From Eutreptiella sp. 'Long Island Sound 2002' (taxonomy: Eukaryota; Protista; Euglenida), in NCBI GenBank assembly GCA_964036045.1, contig OZ038379.1, forward strand, positions 17,732,001 to 17,796,000: a stretch of 64,000 bases of DNA. The letters are read 5' to 3'. The translations under genes and the position numbers were made by a program. Of the stretch, positions 20,421 through 30,500 are shown piece after piece (position 1 is the first letter of the stretch; every line of letters begins with the position of its first letter). The notes beneath the pieces were generated by a model that saw only the letters and a program-made list of their open reading frames with translations, ran no database searches and was not told the origin of the DNA.

Positions 20421-21582
20421 ACTGTGTCACTGCCCTGTGACAAGTACGCCGCTGGTGTGCGGGGTGCAGGGCGCCAACGCACACACACTGGTTGGGGGCT
20501 AGCCCTCGTCCAGCGCATCTAGTTGGCACCCGGGCCAGCCTGTCCGCGTCGCTCCGCGTGGGGGGGGGGTCCCCTTGCCCGCTCTGTTACGCGTGGTCGC
20601 CGTGGTCGCGCGCTCGCTCCGTGCTGTGCTAGTGTGTGTTCGTAGCCCAGGGCGGCGAACCGAGTGGGGCTGGCTCAACAACCCCCTAGAGGGCCTGTGT
20701 CTGTGTGGTGCTGTGGCGAGGCGTCGAGACGCCTGAGGGGGCGCTGGTGTGTGTCGCGCTGCCCCTTTGGCCCTAAGGCCTTTGTGCATTGTGCGGTGGA
20801 GGTGGGGCTGGCCGCTAGGGCTCAGCCCGGGGGCCATTGAGCCTGGCCCCCCCCTCGTGCTGTGCTGCCCGGGTGCCACCAGGCCCTAGGGCCCCTCCGG
20901 GTACGCCACCCTGGGAGCAGGAGGGGGTCACCTGTGCGGGGCACCGTCGGGGCACCCGCTCCCCTTTGTCGTCGTCCTTCGCCACCTGTTGAGCGGGCAG
21001 GGGTGCGGCGGGGCGGGGGGGGGGGGGGTACACTTGGTATGGCAGTGGTGCGACTGCCCCTCACAGGCTGCACCTCTGACCCCAGGGGGCGCCCAGGGCG
21101 GGTGGCGGCAGTGGCCGGCCTGACTCGGTGGGGGAAAATGGGGAAACATCGGGGAAATGGGGGAAACTGGCATCATGACTTTTCCCGAAGTTTCCATTCC
21201 GTTTTCCAAGCCACTCCCCCTTTAGTTTCTCCATATTCCCCATTTCCCCCATGTTTTCCCCATTCACCCCCCCCCCCCCAGCCCCCCGTTTTCCCCCACT
21301 TGCCCCCATTTTCCCCTCCCCCCCCCCCCCCGGATTTTTCCTATTTCCCCCTTTTTTGTCCAGGAACCTTATCGGGGACTCAAGGTGCCACCTGGGCCAG
21401 GATATTCCGGGCCTTGAAAGCGCCATGGATGCAGAGAGTGCCTGAGATCCCTGGCCGAGGTCTTGTGCTGTGCCTCGTAAACCATTGCGCTTCACCATCG
21501 CACCTTTTCATCTGCCAGGGCCCAGCACTTTCTTCGCCCCCGTCCCCCCAAATCGTGCGGTCGTCCTTCGCTTCGTCTCGCC

Positions 21583-22689
21583 ATGGCCCCCAAGCGAAAA
21601 GCAAGACCGGCCCCGGAGCCAGTGCCGGGCCCCAAACGGCCCAGAACTTGCAGTGCGCATGCGGTCCCACGGGGCGCCCCCCTGCCCCCGGCCCCCGCCG
21701 TGCCCCAGACCACGCCCCAACCCATTCAGACCAAGGCCAAGAAGGCCCCCCGGAAGGCCGCCCACAAACCCATCCCGGACCGTTCCCCCAAGACATCCCC
21801 GTCCGAGGCGTGCGTCCTGCACTCCCTGGGGCACGCCTGCAAAGGCACGCTCCTGCGGCGCCCCTCCAGCCAAGTCAAGTCCCCGTACGTGTGTGACGTG
21901 GAGCTGGCGGAGGGCAAAGGGGTGGTATTGGCGCACGTGCCCTGTCTGGACATGGGGGGGCTGTGCGTTCTCGGGGTGAAGGTGCTACTGACCCCCACGG
22001 CCGTGGCCCCGGGGGCCACGACGAAGTGGGGCAAGCCCCGGTGCACGCACAAAGTGCAGCTGGTGCACGCGGAGGAGCCGGAGGCCGGCCCCGGCGGCGT
22101 CTGGATAGGGGCGCACCCGGAGCTCGGCAATGTGCTGGCACGACGGCTGCTGCTGACCGGAGCTGTGGCGGAAGTGGGGCACCCGGACGCCGCAGGGCTG
22201 AAGGCCGAAGTCACATCTCAGAACGGCAAAATGCGCTCTGATTTCATAGTGCAGGGGCCCCAGGGGCCCGTGACGGTGGAAGTCAAAAACGTGGTCTGTG
22301 CTGACTACGCCGAGGAGACGAAGCCCGATCGCAAGGCGTGCGTGTTTGTCAGTCCCCTGAAGCCCTTCCGCAGGGCGGCGATCTTTCCGTGGGGCCGCTT
22401 GGGCCAGAAGTACGACGGCCAGACGGTGGTCTCGGAGCGTGCCCTCAAGCACTTGGATGAGCTGATGCATTTGCAGCGGCGGGGGGCGCAGGCGGCCGTC
22501 CTCTTCGTCGTGAATCGCGGGGACTGTCGCGTGTTCCGCGCCTGCCATGAGGCGTGCCCGGTATTTGCACGTAAGCTGCAGGAGGCCCGCAGAGTGGGAG
22601 TGACGGTGGTGGCTTACCAAGTGGCGTGGGACAGCGCTGGTGTTTGTCGACTGCAGGGCAAATTGGATATTGTGGATTTTGCTCCGTGA
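21583..22689 (+). CDS. sfsA: SfsA-family (sugar fermentation stimulation protein-like) PD-(D/E)XK nuclease with a basic Pro-rich N-terminal extension
   Basis: Intronless 368-aa ORF. Motifs RSDF, VEVKNV, AIFP, SERALKHLDELM and AAVLFVVNRGD match SfsA. The N-terminal OB-like segment LLRRPSSQVKSPYVCDV...LAHVP also fits. It starts MAPKRKAR. Confidence 0.9.
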   Translation: MAPKRKARPAPEPVPGPKRPRTCSAHAVPRGAPLPPAPAVPQTTPQPIQTKAKKAPRKAAHKPIPDRSPKTSPSEACVLHSLGHACKGTLLRRPSSQVKSPYVCDVELAEGKGVVLAHVPCLDMGGLCVLGVKVLLTPTAVAPGATTKWGKPRCTHKVQLVHAEEPEAGPGGVWIGAHPELGNVLARRLLLTGAVAEVGHPDAAGLKAEVTSQNGKMRSDFIVQGPQGPVTVEVKNVVCADYAEETKPDRKACVFVSPLKPFRRAAIFPWGRLGQKYDGQTVVSERALKHLDELMHLQRRGAQAAVLFVVNRGDCRVFRACHEACPVFARKLQEARRVGVTVVAYQVAWDSAGVCRLQGKLDIVDFAP

Positions 22690-25600
22690 AGGTACAGGTA
22701 GAGGTTCAGGACATGGGTGGACTGAGACACCGCGGCACTGAATTGCACGTGATCACGGCTGGAGTCAAGTCTGTTGCAACGCCCGAGCTCCCGGTGTGTG
22801 TTGTGCCTGGGCGACCCGAAAATTGCTTTGCCGGGTGGGGGGGGGGGTGGGGCGCCCGGCGAATGAGGGGGGCGTTCCAGAAATGGGCTTCCGTGCCGGG
22901 CCCTTTGTTTTGTGTAAGGACGGATGTTGCCGCCAAAGGCGCCGGAACACAAATTTTGGCCCGGAAAAGTTTTTTTCACGGAAAATTTTTCCCCCACATA
23001 TGTGCAGCCAAAATGATCAGCGCGACGTGGGGATCATTTTGAGCCATACATGTTGGGGTCGACCCCCCCCCCCCCCCCGGCACGGCAGGTAGGGCAGCCC
23101 CGGCCCAAACCCCCCTCCCGGCACGGGGGGCGGGGTGGGCAAATGGGCTTCCATGCCATCCCCCCCCCCCCCCCCCACAAAGCCATTTTCTTCCCGCCCT
23201 GTCCTCTGACAACCCTTACTGCGCGTTCTGGCAGTTCTGAAGTGGATCAAAGCCCCCTTCAGGTTCGAGGTAGTGGTCGAGACCGTGACACGGGTAAAAC
23301 CACAGGCAACGGTACAGGCAGAGGTTTTCGGCGCAGCAGCCGCCGGATGTTGTTTGAATTTCTCGCAGCCCCCATTTGCCCCCCTGTCCCCCTCTGCAAA
23401 GCATGAGTTCTGGTGGTGGAGGTATCGGCGTATGGATTACCCCTCCATTGCCCCCCATGTGTGGCCGTGGGACTGCGTTGCTTGCCTTCCCCAGTGCTTT
23501 CGGGGGGAAGTTCTTGGTGTGGCACTGGCGTTTGTTATGCAGCGCTGACGGTCTGACGCTTTTCTCAGGCGTCACCCCAGTGCACACGATGTCGTGACGT
23601 GGGTTCAACGCAAGTTCAGCGGTGGGGGGCGGTGTCTAACGCCAAAACTCCAGCGCATTGAGATCAGCCGCGCCGTTCGATGGTCATTGCTTTACTTGGC
23701 GTCACAGATCGCCAGACCAGATCTCCGCACCGCAAGACAGCACACATGAACCAATGCGGATGTTGCGCCAGTCCTTTGGGCTCGGGGAACTATATTTGTC
23801 AGCCAAACATCAATTGTGTGGGGGGTAACAACGTCTCGTGACAGGGCCGTGCCCTGCGCCCCTGCACCGTGCCCCTGCCCCTGCATCACCCGCAGGTCGG
23901 ATCTTACGAATTCGCGAAGACTGTTACAACGCCCCCCCACTCACTGTGCGGTTCCCGAATGTGTTGCCACCGCCGCTTGTTGTTTAATACGCCATGCGGT
24001 CTGTGTGCAAAGGGGTTTGTGCAGCGGGCCGCAGGCCGGAGTTGGTTCCATAGCGCTCCGAATCGCCTGCATTTCAAGGCTCTGGGTGTAACGATGTCTT
24101 TGACCTCACTGTCCTATCTACTTGAATGCCTCTGCAGCCACGGCTCATTGACCCCCGAGTGCCAGGCAGTCGATTGATGACATGCAGAGCGTGCGGCCCG
24201 GGTGATGAGACGCGGGGGGGAGGGGGGGGGGTGCTTCTCTTACAGGGTGACCCTAATGCAGGTTGCTCTATTCCACCCAAGCTGTGTTTCCTCATTCGGC
24301 ATGTCAAACTGCTCAGTTGCAAAGACGGGGGTGAGGCGACGGGTGTCAAGCGCCCCACCAGGGCAGGGGAGCAGATAATGGACGTTGCTGTATGGTACTG
24401 TATCGCAGGAGTAATGCTCGTGTGCCACCACCCTGGCCACCAAAAAAAAAAGGGAGCCTGTGTTCCCCTTGGGCATTCCCACCTCTGCTCCTTGAGTACC
24501 TGTGCTGCGAAGGTGCGGAAGGCCCCTCCACGCCTGCGCAGTTGCACGAACTTAACTGTGCGTATCTTCGGCAAGTTTTTGCACATAAAACCCTGTCAGC
24601 CACCAAACCCTGAACCAGTGCCGGAAAGGGAAGTGCAACGGTTGTCCTGAAACAGACACACACAATTTGGCAGCCCTTCGGTCTGCCAGTGTTGAGCTGC
24701 AGTAAGTGGACAGTGAAGTGTGGGTTGCAGATCATAACCACAATGCCGCATATTACCACACCTTTTCTGACCCCGCGATTTAGCGCTGGGTTATGCTTCA
24801 GTGGCTTCTATGTCATTACTCGCAGGGGCTCATTCCCTGACGCGTCAGTCTGTGCGTGTGACAAACAACTGCGGTCAGGGTGCAGGTTTTCCCACACTTA
24901 CGCGTGCGCTGCGGAAGTCTAAGTGTACAATCCTCATTTCCTCATTCCCAGCACGCGGCATATGGGCCTATGTCTTGAGCTATGCTTCTGAACGCAAGAA
25001 CATAGAGCAGGCATTGTCTGCTCTCTGAACTCTGTGTCTGAAACAATGAACACGAGACGACGGGATGGCAATTCTGATGGAGATGCGAATGGATGGGGGT
25101 TGGGCTGGGCGTGGTTGGGACGTCATTGGACGTTAAGAGATTTTTTGACCAGCTGCCAGTCATGGTTTGGTATTTTGCTGCACACGCAGCGTGCATTGCG
25201 CACCTGGCACACTGTGCAGCGTGCAATCTGCGCACTGGGCATTCTGCACACCGCACTGCACAACAAACACCCACTGTACACACCAAATTGAACAATACAC
25301 GCTACATGATGACCACTGCGTACACTGCAGACTGCACTTGTTAGATTGCGTATCATGAACACTTCACTGTGCATCATGTGCACTCTGCACACTCCGCACA
25401 GCGCAGTCTGCTAATTGCACATTCTGGGGCAAGACGGCGTCAAAACGGACTAAAGAACGTTCATTTGAGCATCCCAAAGCTCTGGTATCAACTCTGGCAA
25501 AAGGCAATTTTGACCAATTTTGCACCTTGTCTCTGTTCTCTGAGTTTGACGGGTTTTGTTTGAATGCATATGCCCCCTGCCACATGCCTGTGAAAACAGT

Positions 25601-27559
25601 CGCATTGGTGGGGTATGGAGTGCCGACCTGTGGAATCCTAAGTGTGCGTCGCATGTTTATAAGGTGACTGTTGCCGTTGATATGTTGGCAATATTATATG
25701 GATTTGCCCCTTGGCCCCCGGGGCATCGGCTGATTTTTTCATTTGGGATGGGTATGGACCTTCTCGTACCCGAGGTGATTTCTTTGATTTGGAGTTGTTG
25801 AATTCACAGCTATTGCCTTATTATGCAACGTGCTTTGTCGGGAAGGTGTGTAGTCCAACGTGGTCTACTTGGGGGGTTTCTCCATGAGAGGGTAAATCTG
25901 GGACGGAAGTCGGGATAGTTAATAGAAAAGTAGAGCGCCGGGCGCGCGCCGGGCAAACATTCCCTCAAAGGGAGGGGGCTCTCGAGGGACATGCCAGTTG
26001 TTGGACTAAGCGTGCAACATACTTTATGAAATGACGCTTCGCAGCAGTGTGTGTCGTGATTCTTGCCATAAGTTTTGGTGATACGCCCCGCATAGGGGTA
26101 TGGGATAAAATGCCTACACGTGGTACACAGTGTCTACGTGTGGTGTGGAGCATGTAATGTGGGGTGTGTAGTGTCCATACGTGGTGTATCTTGTTTACAC
26201 TTCACTTCATATCTCACGTCTATATGTGTTGTGCACTGGCTACATGTGGTGCCTATTGTCTGCACGTGGTGGATAATGTCTACGTTCAGAGGTGTACTGA
26301 ACCCCCCTCCTATCCCACATATGAAGGGATTTGTGGACCCCGGCTGAGGGACACCATGGTTTTTCACTGCCAGTGCAATGTTTCACAATATTACCTTTTG
26401 GGGGGCAGTTGGCCTTGCCACTCTAGGTTCTTCACAACATAGGGACAAACTTGCCTGCTCACTCTACGTTGTCCATGGCAGTGGACCGGACCATGGATCG
26501 TGCTGTGGATCGTTGAATGAAGGTCATGACCCCCCCACCCCTCCCAAGGATCGGCATGGATCGTGGATAGGAGGTCCAAACCCCGTAGTCCCTACATCCC
26601 GCTGGTGCTGTTTCAACCTCAAAAAGTTTGAATACCGACAACCTCAAGGCGCATTCATGCAGATGTTACACGGAGACACCAAAGCAACACGTTCGAAACA
26701 TCATTCCGGACGCACTAATCCGCCAAAAATGACCCAACGCAAAGAGGTGGTGAGCTTTCAATCATCGCGGGGTGTGAGTGTGGCTTACAAGTTTGAAGAG
26801 ACTCTTGGGAGGTGAATGCGTGGCGGAGACGCCAAAGAATCTCCTGCCCCACCACAAATCGGGTCAACCCCTCGCCTTAACGTACGAAAACGGACAATCC
26901 GCATGCTCAGAGTGAGAATTTTGGTGGAAAAAACGCACCATGCGGGGACCTTGACCACCACCCAAGTGTTGCCTAGACTGGACACATGCTTTCGTGTGCA
27001 CCATGCCTACTCTTCTTCTCATAGCCCCCCAACCCGGATGGGACTCATTTATGGATGAATTTAAATGAATTGGCACCACACCATCGGCACCACACGTAGT
27101 ACATGTTGTCTATTGGGAAACAATAAATCTTTCTAGGCAAAGAATCCCAAATATCTTGCAAAGACGTTTCCCAAGCCGATCGTGGGTGAGCAAGTCCGAC
27201 ATCGGTACGGCGTGATTTGCGGGTATTCTAATATGTTCCTCTGATAGCCAAAGGCATCAATCATCTAGAAATTGAAGTTCTTTCTAACTATCCACGTGAC
27301 TATTCTCCATATCGCCGGGTGCTAGTCGGTCATGCAAGTAGGAGCGCAAGAAAGCCACACAGTCTACGAAGCTCAAATTAGGCTTGAGAGAGTCAAGCAA
27401 CCCAAATCAGGGCTTACTAGGTTGTCAAGTATGTGTGTGTGTGGGGGTCAATAGAGCCCCAAAAATCTGGAGGGCGGGGGTTGGGGGTTGGGAAAAGGGC
27501 TCATTTGACACACATCATTCTTGCATGGAGAAGAGGCACCACTATGTCTCTTGTCCATG

Positions 27560-30500
27560 TCTCCCGACACTAGGGAACCCCGAGAAGGTAGGGGTTATGT
27601 GGCCACTTTGATCCTTCCCCATAATGGGGACCCCCAAGAAGGCAGGGGTGACATAGCCACTTTTGATTATGTGCCCTCTTCCAGGGACCCACAAGAACAC
27701 AGGGGTGAGCTAGCGATAACAGCCACTTGTGGGCCCCCAAGAAGGCAGGGGTGGTTGAGCCATTTCTGATTTTGTGCCCTCTTTTGGGGACCCCGAGAAC
27801 GAAGGCGTTGCGTAGCAATTCCGCCCAATTGTGGGCCCCCGAGAGGGCAGGGGTGATGTAGCTAGTTCTGATTTCGTGCTCTCTTTTGGGGACTCCCGAG
27901 AAAATAGGCGTTGTGTAGCAATGCCGCCCACTTGTTGGCCCCCAAGAAGGCAGGGCTGCTATAGCCACCTCCGATTTTGTCTGCTTCTCTCGGGACTCCC
28001 GAGAACGAAGGGGTTACGTAGCAATTCTCCCCTATTCTGGCCCCCGAGAAGGCATGGATGATGTAGCCATTTCTGATTTTGTCCCTTCTTCTGGGAATCC
28101 CCGAGAATGCAAGGGTTACGTTGCAATTCCGCCTAATTTCGGAACCCCGAGAAGGCAAGGGTGATGCAGCCACTTGTCATTTTGTCCTCTTTGTTTGTGA
28201 CCCCCGAGAACGCCGGGAATTATGTAGCAATTCCGCCCTCTTGTGGCCCTTTGAGAAGGCATGGGTGATGTAGCCACTTCTGATTTTGTCCTCTTTTTTC
28301 GGGACCCCTGAGAACGCCACGGATTATGTCGCAATTCTGCCCTCTTGTGGGCCAATGGGAAGGCATGGGTGATGTAGCCACTTCTGATTTTGTGCCCTCT
28401 TCTGGGGGGGCCTTAGAACACAGAGGTTAAACAATTCCACTCACTTGTGGGCCCCCGAGAAGGCACAGGTGATGTAACCAATTCTGATTTGTCCCTCTTT
28501 TTGGGGACCCTCGGACGGCAGAGGTGATTTGGCAATTTTGGTTGGTGCCCTTTTTTCAGATCATGAGTAGGTTTGGGCTTATGTAGGCACATCGATTGCT
28601 CCCAATTTTGGGGACCCGCGAAGGCAAGGGACATGTAGCCACATTGATTTTCACCACTTTGGGGTCTCCGCAAGGAAAGGCTTATGCGGGCACCTTGATT
28701 GCTCACCATTTTGGCCACCCCGAGAACACAGACATTATGTCGCAACATTGATTGCTCCCCATTTCAACGATCCCCGGAAGGCAAAGGTGATGTGGCCACA
28801 TTGCTCCGAGAGGGAAGGGGTTATGTAGCCATATTGATTGCTCCCCTCTTTCGCAGCCCTGGGAATGGCAAGGTGACTTAACCACCATAATTGCTCGCAA
28901 TTTGGAGGACCACAAGAGGGAACGGACTACGTAGCCACACTGCTGGCCCCCTACTTTGGGATGCTTAGAAATCAACGGTTAGGTTGGCACATTGATTGTG
29001 TTTAACTTTGGGGACTCTGAAAAGGTTGGGGTTACATAGCTTCATTGATTGCTCCACTTTTTGGGGATACCGAGCAAGCAATCGTCACATAGCCACATTC
29101 GTGAGTTGACTTTGCCACATTGATTGCTCCCCATTTTGGGGACCCCAAGAAGGAAGGAACTATGCAGCCATGTCGCTTGCTCCCCACTTTGGGGATTCTC
29201 AGAAATCAACGGACAGGGAATCACGTTGATTGTTTCGCATTTTTGTGACCGTGAGAACGTAGTGTTGATGCAGCCTCATTCACTGCTTCGCAGTTTGGGG
29301 ATCCTCAAGAGGTATTTGTTATGCAGGCACCTATATTTCTCCCCTCTTTGGGAATATCGCAAAGACAAAAATTATGTAGCCTCATTCATTTTAGCACATT
29401 TTGTGGACTCCACCAAGGCACGGTTGTATAGGCCCTTCGTATCGTGCCCACATCGCCACAATAGGTGAAGGCAGTGGATTATGTGCCCGTTATGGTTGTT
29501 CCCCGCTTTGGGGATTGTGAGATGGCAAGGTTCTGTACCCACATGGATTGCTCACCACGTTGGGGAACTTGAGAAGGCACGCGTCATGTATCCACAATGA
29601 TTGCTCACCAAATTGGGGACTGTGTGAAGGCACAAGTTCTTTACCCAAATTGGCTCCTCTCACATTGGTGCCCGCGACAAGGTAGTGGTTATGTAGCTGT
29701 ATTGATTGCTCCCCGCTTTGGCGACCTCCAGGAGGTTATATAGGCACATTCATTGCTCCTTGCCGGGGCATCCATCGATGTAGCCACATTGATTGCTCAC
29801 CACGTTGGAAACTCTCCCAAGCCAATGGTTATGTAGCCAAGTTGCATGGTCTCACATTGGCGCCCGTGAGAAGCCAATGGTTATGTAGCCATAATGATTC
29901 CCCCCCGCTTTGGGGACCTCGAGAAGGCAGCGGTTTTGTAGCAACATTGATTCCTCACCACGTTGAGGACCCCGCGAAGGAAGCAGTCGTGTGACCACAT
30001 TTATTGCTCACCACGTTGGGAACTCAAGGGTCGTGTGGCTAGAATGACTGCTCTCACACTAGGGCCCACCAGAAGGCAAAGGTTTTGTGACCGTATTGAT
30101 TGCTCCCCGCTTCGGCGATCTTGAGAAGGCAGCAGTGATGCAGCTACATTGATTGCCTACCACGTTGGCGACCCCGACAAGGCAGCGGTTATGTAGCCAC
30201 ATTGATTGCCCAGGATGTTGGGGGAACCGGGAAGGAAAGGGTTATGTAGCCGGATTGATTCCTCTCAGATTGCGGCGTGCGAGAAGGCGGTTAATTTGTA
30301 GCAGTATCGATTGCTCCGCGCTTTGAGGATCTCGAGATGGCAGCGGTAAGGAAGACCCATAGATTGCTCTCCTCTTTGGGGAATCTGCAAAGGTAAGGTT
30401 TTGCAGCTGCATTGTTTGCTCAACACTTTGGAGATGGCGAGCAGGGAGAGCTCATTTAGCTAGATTCATTACTCCTAGCTTTGGGGACCCTAAGATGGCA

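Larger units (their letters stand above)
12725..21128 (-). mobile_element. Apparently full-length non-LTR retrotransposon (LINE, APE + RT + RNase H type), 8.4 kb
   Basis: 14-bp TSD tgggggaaaatggg at 12711-12724 and 21129-21142. 3' tail (AACC)6 on the element strand (plus-strand GGTT x6 at 12723-12746). About 700-bp 5' UTR, then ORF1, then frameshifted ORF2. Confidence 0.93.
12360..21372. repeat. GGGGAAAAT-rich dispersed repeat, split by the LINE into about 12360-12724 and 21129-21372
   Basis: The same purine/pyrimidine-tract style as 7140-8122 flanks both sides of the LINE. Removing the LINE and one TSD copy gives a continuous agaaaatgggggaaaatggggaaacatcgggg. The left boundary is approximate. 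Confidence 0.6.

Noticed and set aside
13430-21896. Plus-strand ORFs overlapping the LINE (e.g. 13636-14418, 17099-17833, 19890-20522, 20862-21896)
   Set aside because: These are shadow ORFs expected in very GC-rich DNA; all recognisable motifs are on the minus strand.
23690-27400. ORFs such as 24126-24650 and 26378-27058 as transposases or host genes
   Set aside because: They are fragmented, contain low-complexity runs and show no motif I can assign.
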